This document shows, piece after piece, positions 47,203-57,579 of a DNA stretch of 64,000 nucleotides. Numbering within the stretch: position 1 is the first letter of the stretch; each line of letters opens with the position of its first letter. The position numbers and the translations under genes were made by a program. The stretch spans positions 25,184 through 89,183 of the forward strand of contig CAIOHZ010000223.1 of NCBI GenBank assembly GCA_903858165.1, given 5' to 3'. The stretch is from an uncultured Pseudomonadota bacterium (GTDB lineage Bacteria; Pseudomonadota; Gammaproteobacteria; Steroidobacterales; Steroidobacteraceae). The notes beneath the pieces were generated by a model. It worked only from the letters and a program-made list of their open reading frames with translations. It made no database searches and was not told the origin of the DNA.

Positions 47203-47973
47203 ATGGTTTCCCCGCGTATGACTCCGCCCCGGGCAGCGGCCACCCCTCGCGCTGCCAGCACCAGCGGCACGGGCCCGGGTGCGCCCTACACCCGTGTCAA
47301 GCAGCACCTGAAAGACGGTCTGGCTGCTGACCAGTGGCCGTCTGGCGCGCTGATGCCTTCAGAAGCGGAACTGGTGGCGCAGTTTGGTGTGAGCCGCATG
47401 ACGGTCAACCGCGCGCTGCGCGAACTGCAGGCTGAAGGTCTGGTGGAGCGCATTCAGGGCGTGGGCACGTTTGCGGCGCAGTTGCACAAGGTGAGCAGCA
47501 CCTTGACAATCGTCGACCTGCACGAAGAGATCGTAGGTCGCGGCCACCACCACGAGTCGCGCGTCCACCTGCAGCGCAGCGAGCCTGCCAGCATCGAACT
47601 GGCCCCGCAACTCGAGGTCGCACCGGGCAGCGCGGTCTTCCACACCTTGATCGTGCACCTGGAAAACGGCGTGCCCTTGCAGTGCGAAGACCGCTATGTG
47701 AACCCAGCCGTGGCGCCACGCTACCTACAGGCCGACTTCACCCGCATCACGCCCACGCACGAACTCTTCCGGACCACCGCTTTATGGCGCGCGCAGTACA
47801 GCATCGAAGCAGCTCAGGCCACGCGACAAGAGGCGCGGCTGCTGGGCGTAGCTGCAGACACCGCCTGCCTGATCCTGGTGCGGCGCACCTTCACCCGTGA
47901 AGCCCCCATCACCATCGCGCGACTGGTCCACCCCGGCAACCGCTACAGCTTGCATGGCGAGTTCCAACCATGA
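47203..47973 (+). CDS. hutC: histidine utilization repressor (GntR/HutC family)
   Basis: LPSEAELVAQFGVSRMTVNRALRELQAEGLVERIQGVGTFAA HTH plus a UTRA C-terminal domain. Confidence 0.9.
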   Translation: MVSPRMTPPRAAATPRAASTSGTGPGAPYTRVKQHLKDGLAADQWPSGALMPSEAELVAQFGVSRMTVNRALRELQAEGLVERIQGVGTFAAQLHKVSSTLTIVDLHEEIVGRGHHHESRVHLQRSEPASIELAPQLEVAPGSAVFHTLIVHLENGVPLQCEDRYVNPAVAPRYLQADFTRITPTHELFRTTALWRAQYSIEAAQATRQEARLLGVAADTACLILVRRTFTREAPITIARLVHPGNRYSLHGEFQP

Positions 47974-48566
47974 TCCACACCGTGCAGCGGCAAGACGTGC
48001 TACCCCAGCCTTGGCGCAACGGCGGCGGCAGCACCTGCGAGTTGCTGGCCTGGCCACCGGGTGCTGACTGGCAATGCCGCATCAGCGTGGCCCGCATCGA
48101 AAGCCACGGGCCGTTCAGTTCCTACGCGGGGGTCGAACGCTGGATTGCCGTGGTGCAAGGTGAAGGCATGGTGCTGCATTTTGCCAACCGGCGCGTGCGG
48201 CTCAGCATGGGCAGTGCACCACTGCGTTTTGACGGTGCATCAGCGCCGCAATGCGGGTTGCTGGGCGGCGCCACGCAAGACCTCAACCTGATGGCGCAAA
48301 ACGCCGCGGGCCACGCGGACATGTTCACGGTGCAGGCGCAGGAAGACTGGGCCAGCAGCGCTGCGCTGCGGGCGGTGTACACCGCCACTGCGGCCACGCT
48401 GCAAGTGGACGACGGACCCGGCTTGAACCTGCCAGCCCACACCTTGGCCTACAGCGAGCAGGCGTCCCTGCAACGTTGGCGTCTGACGCCTGCGCCCACG
48501 GCCGCCACTGGCCAACCGGTCGCCCACGGTGCTTGGTGGCTGCAATTCACGGCACGCCCGTCGTGA
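47970..48566 (+). CDS. hutD: HutD-family protein
   Basis: [16 protein letters not shown] and [21 protein letters not shown] motifs. Located between hutC and hutI. Confidence 0.75.
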   Translation: MIHTVQRQDVLPQPWRNGGGSTCELLAWPPGADWQCRISVARIESHGPFSSYAGVERWIAVVQGEGMVLHFANRRVRLSMGSAPLRFDGASAPQCGLLGGATQDLNLMAQNAAGHADMFTVQAQEDWASSAALRAVYTATAATLQVDDGPGLNLPAHTLAYSEQASLQRWRLTPAPTAATGQPVAHGAWWLQFTARPS

Positions 48567-49789
48567 ACACCCCAGTAGCCGCAACCGTCGTGTGGCGCCA
48601 CGCTCGACTGGCCACCATGGCACCCGGCAGCGCCTGGGGCTGGGTGGACGACGGTGCCGTGGTCACGCAAGGCGAGCGTATCGTGTGGCTGGGCGCTGAC
48701 GCCGAGTTGCCGCGCACACTGCAGCCCAATGCCGAACAGGATCTGCAAGGCGCACTGGTTACGCCGGGCCTGATCGACGCCCACACCCATCTGGTCTATG
48801 GCGGCGACCGTGCGGCCGAGTTCGAGCTGCGCCTGCAGGGTGCCAGCTACGAGGAGATTGCGCGTGCCGGCGGTGGTATTCGCAGCACCGTGTCCGCCAC
48901 GCGCGCTGCCAGCGACGACAGCCTGTTTGCCAGCGCCGCCGGGCGCGCCCGGGCACTGATGAAGGAAGGCGTCACCACGCTGGAAATTAAGTCCGGCTAC
49001 GGCCTGAGCGCCGAGCACGAAGCGCGCTGCCTAGGCGTGGCGCGCCGCATCGGGCGCGAGTTGCCGGTGAGCGTTCGCACCACGTCCTTGGCGGCCCACG
49101 CGCTGCCGCCCGAGTACACCGGCCGCGCCGACGCCTACATCGAAGACGCCTGCACTTGGCTAGCGGCACAACACGCCGCCGGTCTGGTCGATGCGGTGGA
49201 TGCCTTCTGCGACCACATCGGGTTCAGCCCGGCGCAAACCGAGCGCCTCTTTCAAACTGCAACAAGCTTGGGCCTGCCCGTCAAGCTGCACGCCGAACAA
49301 CTCAGCGACCAGGGCGGTGCGGCACTGGCCGCGGCCTATGGCGCACTCAGCTGCGACCACCTGGAGCACTTATCACCCAGCGGCATCGCCGCCATGCGCC
49401 AACACGGCAGCGTGGCCATGCTGCTGCCGGGCGCCTACTACTTCTTGCGTGAAACCCAGCTACCGCCAGTGCAGGCGCTGCGCGACGCGGGTGTCCCTAT
49501 CGCCATCGCCACCGACCATAATCCGGGTTCATCACCGGCCTTGAGCTTGTTGCTGATGCTGAACATGGCCTGCACGCTGTTTCGCCTGACGCCCGAAGAA
49601 GCCTGGCACGGCATCACGCTGCACGCCGCCAGGGCTTTGGGCTTGACGGACCGCGGCACCCTGGCCGCGGGCCAGCGCGCGGACTTTGTTATCTGGGACG
49701 CTGAACACCCACGCGAACTGGCCTACCGCTTTGGCCACAACCCCTGCCACTGCGTTGTCTTCGCCGGCACACCCAGGCCCACCGCATGA
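48563..49789 (+). CDS. hutI: imidazolonepropionase
   Basis: GTG 48563 overlaps the hutD stop (GTGA). [21 protein letters not shown] and [12 protein letters not shown] motifs. The longer ORF from 48251 lies inside hutD. Confidence 0.92.
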   Translation: MNTPVAATVVWRHARLATMAPGSAWGWVDDGAVVTQGERIVWLGADAELPRTLQPNAEQDLQGALVTPGLIDAHTHLVYGGDRAAEFELRLQGASYEEIARAGGGIRSTVSATRAASDDSLFASAAGRARALMKEGVTTLEIKSGYGLSAEHEARCLGVARRIGRELPVSVRTTSLAAHALPPEYTGRADAYIEDACTWLAAQHAAGLVDAVDAFCDHIGFSPAQTERLFQTATSLGLPVKLHAEQLSDQGGAALAAAYGALSCDHLEHLSPSGIAAMRQHGSVAMLLPGAYYFLRETQLPPVQALRDAGVPIAIATDHNPGSSPALSLLLMLNMACTLFRLTPEEAWHGITLHAARALGLTDRGTLAAGQRADFVIWDAEHPRELAYRFGHNPCHCVVFAGTPRPTA

Positions 49790-50583
49790 ACCGCCACCAC
49801 GTCTACACCCTGCAGCCTGGCCACACACCGCTGTTGATCAGCTTGCCCCACGTGGGCAGTGCCATCCCGGACGAGCTGCAAGGGCGCTACACTGAACGCG
49901 CGCTGCAGGCCGAAGACACCGACTGGTTTCTGGATCGCCTGTACAGCTTTGCGCAAGAGCTGGGCGCCAGCCTCGTGGTGCCGCGCTATAGCCGCTACGT
50001 GGTAGACCTCAACCGCTCCAGCGATAACGCACCACTGTACCCCGGGCAGAACCACACCGAGCTGTGCCCAACGCGCCACTTCACTGGCGACCCGCTATAC
50101 CGCGACGGCATGGCGCCAACGCCCACCGAGATAGCCCAGCGGGTGGCTACTTATTGGCAGCCCTACCACGACGCGCTGCGTGAGCAACTGGCGCAGCTCA
50201 AGTCCATCCACGGCCACGCAGTGCTGTTAGACGCGCACAGCATTAAGAGCGAATTGCCCTGGCTCTTTGCCGGCACGCTGCCACACCTGAACCTGGGCTG
50301 CGCTAATGGCAGCAGCTGCGCGCCCAGTCTGCGCGACGCAGTGGCCGCGGTGTTTACGGCGCAGTCCGACTACAGCCACGTGGTGGACGGGCGCTTCAAG
50401 GGCGGCCACATCACCCGCCACTATGGCCAACCTCAGCAAGGCGTACATGCGGTGCAGCTCGAGCTGTGCTGGCGCGCTTATATGCACGAGGCACCACCCT
50501 ACCGCTGGCACGACGCGCGTGCTGCACAGATTTCACCCTTGCTGCGCCGCATGGTGCAGACCTTGCTGGACTGGCAACCATGA
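49786..50583 (+). CDS. hutG: N-formylglutamate deformylase
   Basis: 265 aa. [13 protein letters not shown]...[10 protein letters not shown]...RYVVDLNR...LDAHS is the FGase family pattern. Confidence 0.85.
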   Translation: MNRHHVYTLQPGHTPLLISLPHVGSAIPDELQGRYTERALQAEDTDWFLDRLYSFAQELGASLVVPRYSRYVVDLNRSSDNAPLYPGQNHTELCPTRHFTGDPLYRDGMAPTPTEIAQRVATYWQPYHDALREQLAQLKSIHGHAVLLDAHSIKSELPWLFAGTLPHLNLGCANGSSCAPSLRDAVAAVFTAQSDYSHVVDGRFKGGHITRHYGQPQQGVHAVQLELCWRAYMHEAPPYRWHDARAAQISPLLRRMVQTLLDWQP

Positions 50584-51938
50584 GCCACACCTTGTGGGCA
50601 CCACGGGCCTGGGTGCAAGGCGCCTGGGCGAGCGAGGTGTTGATGACGGTGGACAGCGCAGGCCGTTGGTCCAGTATTCAGACCCACGCACCGGCTCCCG
50701 CGCACGCCCAGCGCTTGTCGGGCCCTGCCCTGCCCGCCTTGGTCAACGCTCACAGCCACGCCTTCCAGCGCGCCTTTGTTGGTCTAGCAGAACGCCGCGA
50801 CAGCGCGCAAGACGACTTCTGGAGCTGGCGCGACCGCATGTACGGCGTGGCGCTGCGCATCACACCCGAACAGCTGCACGCCCTGGCCGTGCACCTTTAC
50901 ACCGAGCTGCTGGCCGGCGGCTACACGCACACCTGCGAATTCCACTACCTGCACCACCGCGAAAGCGGCCAGCCCTATGCCGACGAGGCCACCATGAGCC
51001 GCGCGCTGGCACAGGCCGCGGTGGACACCGGCATGGGCTTGACCTTGCTGCCGGTGCTCTACGAACGCGCCGGCTTTGCTCAAGCAGCACTGCGCCACGA
51101 CCAACGCCGCTTTGCCACCGACGTGGCCCGCGTGCTGCGCCTGCGCGACGCGGTGCGCTCTTGGCGATTGCCCCACGTGGACGCTGGCGTGGCCATCCAC
51201 TCCTTGCGTGCGGCCACGCCGGCGTCGCTGCTAGAGCTAACGCGTTTGCTGCAGGGCGACCCCGGCCCCATCCACATCCACATCGCCGAGCAAACTAGCG
51301 AAGTAACCGACTGTCTGGCCAGCACGGGCGCCCGACCCATCGCGTGGCTGGCCCGCGAGCTGCCACTGGATGCGCGCTGGCAACTGGTACACGCCACCCA
51401 CGCCACAGCGGAGGAAATTCAGGCAGTGGCGGCCAGTGGCGCCGGTGTGGTCCTCTGCCCTAGCACCGAAGCCAACTTGGGCGACGGCCGGTGCGACCTG
51501 CCCGCCTGGCTGGCCAGTAGCACGCCGCTATCCGTGGGCAGCGACAGCCAAGTCACCCGCCACTGGACCGAAGAGCTGCGATGGCTCGAGTATGGCCAGC
51601 GCCTGGCCCTGCGCCAACGCAACGTAGCCGCAGACAGCGACGGCCACAGCGCCACGGCAGCGCGTTTGTTCCAGCGCCTGTTGAGCGGCGGCGCTGCCGC
51701 GGCCGGCTGGAACGCCAGCGGTCTGGCCGTGGGTGCCCGGGCGGACCTGCTGGTGTTGAACACCGCCGATGCGGCGTTGATAGGTATACCCGACAGCCAC
51801 TTGCTAGATGCCGTCGTCTTTGCCGCTGGCAGCCAGCCCTTTGTCAGCACTTGGGTGGCCGGACAACGCTTACCACCCGGCGAGACAGCACCCGCCATGC
51901 AGCATGCCATGCGCCAGCTCTGGTCTACAGCTACCTGA
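50580..51938 (+). CDS. hutF: formimidoylglutamate deiminase
   Basis: ATG 50580 overlaps the hutG stop (ATGA). Amidohydrolase HxH (NAHSHAFQR), IHIHIAEQ, and SDS near the C-terminus. Confidence 0.85.
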   Translation: MSHTLWAPRAWVQGAWASEVLMTVDSAGRWSSIQTHAPAPAHAQRLSGPALPALVNAHSHAFQRAFVGLAERRDSAQDDFWSWRDRMYGVALRITPEQLHALAVHLYTELLAGGYTHTCEFHYLHHRESGQPYADEATMSRALAQAAVDTGMGLTLLPVLYERAGFAQAALRHDQRRFATDVARVLRLRDAVRSWRLPHVDAGVAIHSLRAATPASLLELTRLLQGDPGPIHIHIAEQTSEVTDCLASTGARPIAWLARELPLDARWQLVHATHATAEEIQAVAASGAGVVLCPSTEANLGDGRCDLPAWLASSTPLSVGSDSQVTRHWTEELRWLEYGQRLALRQRNVAADSDGHSATAARLFQRLLSGGAAAAGWNASGLAVGARADLLVLNTADAALIGIPDSHLLDAVVFAAGSQPFVSTWVAGQRLPPGETAPAMQHAMRQLWSTAT

Positions 51939-51951
51939 TACCCCTTCTCGG

Positions 51952-54057
51952 TCAACCGCCTAGGGAGTCGGTGCCGCCCGCTTGGTCGGGTATGGAATGG
52001 ATGCTCACCATCGTCAGCACCTCGTAGGCGGCGACCGTCTCGCCGTCCTGATTGCTGATCTCAGTGTCCCAGCGCACCTCGCCCCAACCCTTTTCCGGTC
52101 GCAGCGACTTTTGTTTACACGCGATGCGAACCCGGATGCTATCGCCGGGCTTCACGGGTTTAACGAAGCGCAACGCCTCGAGCCCATAATTGCCCAGCAC
52201 CGGGCCGTAGTCGGGGTCGACAAACAAGCCTGCCGCGGCGCTAATCAAGAAATATCCATGCGCCACTCGGCCACCGAACAGCGGATTGCGAGCCGCTTCA
52301 GTTTCCGACATATGCGCGTAAAACTGGTCTCCCGATAGCGCCGCGAAGGCTTCAATATCGGCCACCGTGATTTCCCGTTCTGCGGATTCGAAGCTATCGC
52401 CCAACGCCAGTTCAAAGAACGGGAGGCGGAATGGGTGCGCGCGCGGCGAACGGGTGGTCGCTCCGCGAATGAAGCGCCCACCGATGCGACTCAAGGTCTC
52501 GGGGGATCCTTGGATGGCGGTGCGCTGCATGTAATGCAAGAGGCCGCGCATGCCGCCCATCTCCTCAGAGCCCCCGGCGCGACCCGGCCCCCCATGTACG
52601 AGGGTGGCTAAGGGCGAGCCATGGCCGGTGGACTCCGCCGCACAGTGACGATTCACCACCAACAAGCGCCCGTGGTAAGGCGCCAGACCCAACACCAGTT
52701 CTTCAGCCACGGCATCATCCGCCGTGAATACCGAACTGACCAAACTGCCCTCGCCCCGCCGGGCCCAGGTCACCGCTTCGCTCAAGTCGCGATAGGGCAA
52801 GAGCGTCGCGACTGGGCCGAAGGCCTCCACGGTATGCACCACCTGCGCACGCGCGGCATCAACGCTGCGCAGCAGCACGGGCGACATGAACGCGCCCAGC
52901 GCGCGCTGACCGGTGGCACCACGTTCTGCCTCTACATCGCCGGCGACCACCTCCGCTTCGGCGCGCAGCGCCTGCAGGGCCGCCAATACATCCGTCCGTT
53001 GCGCCAGCGTCGCCAGCGGACCCATACGCACGCCCGCGTCTCTCGGGTCGCCAACCGTGATCGTCGCCAGACGCGCCGCAATTGCCGCGGCGATCGGTTC
53101 CGCCAACGCCTCCGGGACGATGACTTTGCGAATGGCGGTACATTTTTGCCCCGCCTTCGCTGTCATCTCGCGCACCACCTCGCGCACTAACAACTCAAAT
53201 TCTGGTGTGCCCGGTTGCGCATCCGGTCCGAGCAGTGCGCAGTTCAACGAATCAGTTTCAGCCAAGAAGCGTACGGATTCGGAGACCACGCGTGGATGGG
53301 TCCGCAAACGCATAGCCGTGGCAGCAGAACCCGTGAACGACACCACGTCCTGGCAGGTCAGATGGGAAAACAAATCTCCCACCGAGCCCACCACGAGTTG
53401 CAAAGCTCCCGCCGGCAAGATGTCCAGCGCAATGATCTGGCGCACCACTGCCTCGGTCAGATAGGACGTGGCGGTGGCCGGCTTCACAATCACGGGCATG
53501 CCGGCCAAGATTGCCGGCGCCAGTTTTTCCAAGAGTCCCCAGACTGGAAAATTGAATGCGTTGATGTGGATCGCTGCCCCTTCGAAGGGCAAATGCACGT
53601 GCTGCGCCACAAAGGTGCCCTGTTTGGACAAGCGCTCGACTTCACCGTCGAGTAGCACGCGGGCATTCGGCAAATCGCGCCCACCACGGCTCGCGTAGGT
53701 GAGCAAAGTCCCAATTCCCCCTTCGATATCCACCCACGCATCCGCGCGGGTAGCGCCTGTCGCCCAGGACTGCGCGTAAAAGGCCTCTTTCAGTTCCAGC
53801 AGGCGCTTACCGACGCTACGCAAGGCCGCCGCCCGCTCGGTGAAGGTGAGCCGTCGCAAGGCCGGGCCGCCCACGTGACGGGCGTACCGTAACAGCGCCT
53901 CCGTATCGAGGCCCTCACTCACGACGGTTGCCACGCCCTCGAAGGTACTGGCGTCGCGCAACACCACGCCCTCGCCGGGCGCGCGCCACCAGCGGCCCGC
54001 GATATAACTTTCCAGTGGGCGCGCGCTCACCGGCGATCTCGCCGGTGCAGAGCGCAA
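51952..54057 (-). CDS. paaZ: bifunctional oxepin-CoA hydrolase / 3-oxo-5,6-dehydrosuberyl-CoA semialdehyde dehydrogenase
   Basis: N-terminal aldehyde dehydrogenase domain (...GQKCTAIRK... with the catalytic Cys) plus a C-terminal MaoC hot-dog domain. The likely start is GTG 54030 (SARPLESYIAGRWW). Confidence 0.88.
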   Translation of the reverse strand: MRSAPARSPVSARPLESYIAGRWWRAPGEGVVLRDASTFEGVATVVSEGLDTEALLRYARHVGGPALRRLTFTERAAALRSVGKRLLELKEAFYAQSWATGATRADAWVDIEGGIGTLLTYASRGGRDLPNARVLLDGEVERLSKQGTFVAQHVHLPFEGAAIHINAFNFPVWGLLEKLAPAILAGMPVIVKPATATSYLTEAVVRQIIALDILPAGALQLVVGSVGDLFSHLTCQDVVSFTGSAATAMRLRTHPRVVSESVRFLAETDSLNCALLGPDAQPGTPEFELLVREVVREMTAKAGQKCTAIRKVIVPEALAEPIAAAIAARLATITVGDPRDAGVRMGPLATLAQRTDVLAALQALRAEAEVVAGDVEAERGATGQRALGAFMSPVLLRSVDAARAQVVHTVEAFGPVATLLPYRDLSEAVTWARRGEGSLVSSVFTADDAVAEELVLGLAPYHGRLLVVNRHCAAESTGHGSPLATLVHGGPGRAGGSEEMGGMRGLLHYMQRTAIQGSPETLSRIGGRFIRGATTRSPRAHPFRLPFFELALGDSFESAEREITVADIEAFAALSGDQFYAHMSETEAARNPLFGGRVAHGYFLISAAAGLFVDPDYGPVLGNYGLEALRFVKPVKPGDSIRVRIACKQKSLRPEKGWGEVRWDTEISNQDGETVAAYEVLTMVSIHSIPDQAGGTDSLGG

Positions 54058-54143
54058 ACCGCGCCAATCAACCTGGGAGCGCCCGTACGCTGGGTGCGAT
54101 CTGGTGAATCGTCTGACATATCCCCTCCTCGTCGTGCGCCGAG

Positions 54144-54932
54144 TTAACGGCCGGTAAATTGCGGGATGCGCTTGTCACGGAACGCGGCAACGCCTTCCGC
54201 ATAGTCGGCCGAGCGACCGAGTTCTTGTTGCAAATCGCGCTCGACATCGAGTTGCTCGGACAGGCTGTGTTGCCAGCCGCCGTAGATCGCTTCTTTGGTA
54301 CGCGCCAGTCCTCTCGTGGGACCTTGGGCCAACCGTTGCGCGAGAGCATCGACCGTCTCAGCCAGCAGCGCATCATCCACACATTGCCAAATCAATCCCC
54401 ACGCTGCGGCTTGTTCGCCGCTCACCTTGTCACCGAGCAACATCAAGCCCAAAGCGCGCGCATTACCGACCAGTCGGGGCAACAACCAGGTTCCACCACA
54501 ATCGGGGACGAGGCCTAGTTTATTGAACCCTTGCACGAAGACCGCCGAGCGCGCCGCCACCACCACATCGCAGGCCAGCGCCAAGTTGGCGCCCGCACCA
54601 GCGGCAACCCCGTTGACTGCGGCCAACACTGGTAGCGGCAGCGCGCGTAGCGTTCGCACCAAGGGCGCGTAGTCACGCGCTATCGACTCGCCCAGATCGA
54701 CCGGCGCGCCGCCCGGCGCCACCGCACGATCACTGAGATCCTGACCGGCACAAAAGGCTCGCCCGCTGCCAGTCAGCACCAGCACCCGCGCCCCCTCCGG
54801 GCCGAGGCGTGCGAGAGCGTCACGCACCTCGCCGTGCATCTGCGCCGTAAATGCATTGAGTTTGTCCGGCCGGTGCAGTGTGAGCCGCGCAATGCCATCG
54901 ACGCAGCTGTACAGAATCGAGGTGTAGGTCAT
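54144..54932 (-). CDS. paaG: 2-(1,2-epoxy-1,2-dihydrophenyl)acetyl-CoA isomerase (crotonase family)
   Basis: 262 aa crotonase fold (LTGSGRAFCAGQDL, AAVNGVAAGAGANLALACD). Positioned between paaE and paaZ. Confidence 0.8.
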   Translation of the reverse strand: MTYTSILYSCVDGIARLTLHRPDKLNAFTAQMHGEVRDALARLGPEGARVLVLTGSGRAFCAGQDLSDRAVAPGGAPVDLGESIARDYAPLVRTLRALPLPVLAAVNGVAAGAGANLALACDVVVAARSAVFVQGFNKLGLVPDCGGTWLLPRLVGNARALGLMLLGDKVSGEQAAAWGLIWQCVDDALLAETVDALAQRLAQGPTRGLARTKEAIYGGWQHSLSEQLDVERDLQQELGRSADYAEGVAAFRDKRIPQFTGR

Positions 54933-54941
54933 CGGAGAGCC

Positions 54942-56012
54942 TTAAATGTCATCGTAGGTGAGGTGAATCTTGTCGGTCGTAGGTCTGGCCTGGCAGCACA
55001 ACACATAGCCGGCTGCGACCTCCCAGTCCTCCAGCGCCTGATTGCGCTCCATTGCCACCGCACCCGCCACCACCCGGGTACGACAGGTTGAGCAAATACC
55101 CGCCCGGCAGGAGAACGGCAGGCGCAGTCCGGCGGCTTCGGCCGCCGCCAGCACCGACTGCTGTCGGTCCATCAAAAAGTGCCGCTCGCGCCCGTCCATG
55201 GTGACCGTCACCGCTACCACCTGCGCATCGGTCACGAGCAGAGGTGCCGGCGCTGGACGTGCCCGCGCACGACTACCGAACCGCTCGGCGTGGATGCGCC
55301 CCGGCACGCCGCTTTCTTTCAAGGCGCCGGTCAGATCCGCGAGCATGCTGTCAGGACCACACACATACCATTCATCGACCGTCACGCTATCCAGATCACT
55401 GGCAAGCACGCGGCGCACCATTGCCGCGTCGATCCGGCCTTCGTGGCGTTCCAGCTCTTGCTGCTCCTGGCTCATCAGAAAGTGCAACGTGAAGCGGCCC
55501 AGATAGCGATTTTTCAAGGCCAGCAACGCCTCAGCAAACATGGTGCGCGACAGCGTTTGGTTGCCGTAATAGAGCGCTACCCGCGCCGCCGGCTCCGCTG
55601 CCAAGACAGCCGTGATGATCGCCAACACCGGCGTGATGCCAGAGCCGGCGGCAAAGGCTACATGCGAGCGCGGCCGCGTGGCATCGATGACTGCGCGGAA
55701 GCGACCGGTCGGGGGCATGACCTCTATCGTTGCGCCCACGGGAAGTGCCGCCAAGTGCTGCGACATCACCCCTTGCACACGCACGCCCAAGACCAACGAG
55801 TCGTGGCCGCGGTCCACGATCGAGTACGTGCGTCGTACGTCTTGGCCCGCCAGGACGGCGCGCACTGGCAAGTGTTGTCCACCCTCAAATTGAAACCAGG
55901 GAGCCAGCGCGGCCGGCAGTTGGAACTCCAACAGCACAGCGGCCTCAGCGAGTGGCTCACGGCGGATGAGTGTCAATGGATGGTAGGTCAGCACCGCAGC
56001 TCTCAAAGGCAC
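54942..56012 (-). CDS. paaE: phenylacetyl-CoA 1,2-epoxidase reductase subunit (FNR-like plus plant-type 2Fe-2S)
   Basis: RTYSI flavin motif, GSGITP NAD motif, and C-terminal CRAGICSTCR...C ferredoxin cluster. Confidence 0.9.
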   Translation of the reverse strand: MPLRAAVLTYHPLTLIRREPLAEAAVLLEFQLPAALAPWFQFEGGQHLPVRAVLAGQDVRRTYSIVDRGHDSLVLGVRVQGVMSQHLAALPVGATIEVMPPTGRFRAVIDATRPRSHVAFAAGSGITPVLAIITAVLAAEPAARVALYYGNQTLSRTMFAEALLALKNRYLGRFTLHFLMSQEQQELERHEGRIDAAMVRRVLASDLDSVTVDEWYVCGPDSMLADLTGALKESGVPGRIHAERFGSRARARPAPAPLLVTDAQVVAVTVTMDGRERHFLMDRQQSVLAAAEAAGLRLPFSCRAGICSTCRTRVVAGAVAMERNQALEDWEVAAGYVLCCQARPTTDKIHLTYDDI

Positions 56013-56503
56013 TTGAAGCGATCGAAGGGTTCTTGGCAGGCGCAGCAGCGATGCAGCGCTTTACACGGCGTCGAGCCAAACTCCGAGAGCAACTCCGTCT
56101 GGCGACTGGCGCAGCGCGGGCAGGCCGGCGCGACCGCCTCCTCGAGCAAGGCGGCGACACGACCGACGGGGAACTCGGGCGGTGCAATGCCATAGGCGCG
56201 CAATTTCTCGCAACCCTCTAGGGTGATCCACGCACTGCTCCACGGCGGCGACAGAACGTCGTGCACCTGCGCCACGTAGCCGGCCAGTTGCAGCGCCGCG
56301 GCCACATCGCTTTTGATCACCGCCGTCGCCGGGCAACCGGAATAGGTCGGCGTAATGCCGACCACCACGTGCCGCCCCTGCACCGACACCTCGCGGATCA
56401 CGCCGAGGTCTAATAAAGAAAGCACCGGAATCTCAGGATCGGGCACCGTACGCAGCACCGCCCACACGGCCGATGCCTCAGGACTGGCCAGTGCCGTCAC
56501 CAC
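56003..56503 (-). CDS. paaD: phenylacetyl-CoA epoxidase subunit PaaD
   Basis: 166 aa. VPDPEIPVLSLLDLGVIR, TPTYSGCPA and the C-terminal Cys cluster CPRC...C..C..PF..FK. Confidence 0.88.
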   Translation of the reverse strand: MVTALASPEASAVWAVLRTVPDPEIPVLSLLDLGVIREVSVQGRHVVVGITPTYSGCPATAVIKSDVAAALQLAGYVAQVHDVLSPPWSSAWITLEGCEKLRAYGIAPPEFPVGRVAALLEEAVAPACPRCASRQTELLSEFGSTPCKALHRCCACQEPFDRFKCL

Positions 56504-57273
56504 TGCGCCCCAGGGTGTGCCCGATGCAAGGACTGCAGCTCCGCCAGGAGATGGCTGAGGTGCTCGCTGTGCTGCGCGCGCTTGCCAAACCAGCGATAGT
56601 CCACGTTGCTCGGTCGGGTCAAAGTCGCCGCACGGAGGATCGGCGCTAAGCGCGCTTCAAAGCCGGCCTGCACCGCGGCAACCGAGGGCACCACGCCGCG
56701 CTCCGCCAGCGCCTGCTCAAGCGCATCTTCAGCGAACCACTCAGCGACATAGGGCCAGAGCATGACCAGCGCGGTGGCCACCCGCTGGTGGCTTTCGTCT
56801 GTGCCATCCCCGAGACGGACCAGCCAACCACTGCTGTAGCGACCGTGGTAACGGATTTCCTTGACCGCTTTCGCGGCAATCTGCGCCAGCCGCATATCCG
56901 TGGACTGCGTTAACTGTTCGAACAGTTCGAGCCGCCACAGGTCCAGCAAACACTGCCGCACGATGGTCTGGCCAAAATCGCCATTCGGCAGTTCTGCCAT
57001 CGTGGCATTGAGAAAGTCACATTCCTCGCGCAAGTATGCGAAGTCGTCTTCGGTGCGCCCGGCGCCTTCGAGTTCACCGGCATAAGCGTAGAGTAGTCGC
57101 GCTTGTCCGAGTAGGTCGAGCGAGATATTCGCACAACCCAGATCTTCTTCAATCGCCGGTCCGTGACCGATCCACGCCGAGAGTCGCTGCGCGAGCACCA
57201 AAGAGGTATCGGCGAGGCGCAACACGTAGGTCGTTAACTCACGGGCAGTGGCGGGAGTGGTCACCGCGTTCAC
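56497..57273 (-). CDS. paaC: phenylacetyl-CoA epoxidase structural subunit PaaC
   Basis: 258 aa. YVLRLADTSLVLAQRLS.W.GH.P..EED.. is a PaaC-like ferritin fold. Overlaps its neighbours by 4-7 nt. Confidence 0.88.
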   Translation of the reverse strand: MNAVTTPATARELTTYVLRLADTSLVLAQRLSAWIGHGPAIEEDLGCANISLDLLGQARLLYAYAGELEGAGRTEDDFAYLREECDFLNATMAELPNGDFGQTIVRQCLLDLWRLELFEQLTQSTDMRLAQIAAKAVKEIRYHGRYSSGWLVRLGDGTDESHQRVATALVMLWPYVAEWFAEDALEQALAERGVVPSVAAVQAGFEARLAPILRAATLTRPSNVDYRWFGKRAQHSEHLSHLLAELQSLHRAHPGAQW

Positions 57274-57560
57274 AAGGTCTCCACGTCTTTGGGAATGTCA
57301 TAGAAGGTGGGATGGCGATAGATTTTGTCTTCGGCCGGGTCGAAGAACGCCGCCGCATCTTCTGGAGCGGAGGCGACGATGTCGGCCGATTTGACGACCC
57401 ACAGGCTCACGCCTTCCTGCCGACGTGTATAGAGATCGCGTGCATGCTCGATAGCCATGGCCGCGTCCGCGGCATGCAGACTACCGACATGTTTGTGGTC
57501 GAGCCCGCGCTTGGCACGGACGAAGACTTCATAGAGTGCCCAATCTTGGGGAAGTGTCAT
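57270..57560 (-). CDS. paaB: phenylacetyl-CoA epoxidase subunit PaaB
   Basis: Trimmed to ATG 57560. MTLPQDWALYEVFVRAKRGLDHKHVGSLHAAD...IYRHPTFY is the PaaB signature. Confidence 0.9.
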   Translation of the reverse strand: MTLPQDWALYEVFVRAKRGLDHKHVGSLHAADAAMAIEHARDLYTRRQEGVSLWVVKSADIVASAPEDAAAFFDPAEDKIYRHPTFYDIPKDVETL

Positions 57561-57579
57561 GGCAATGGCTCCGTAGACC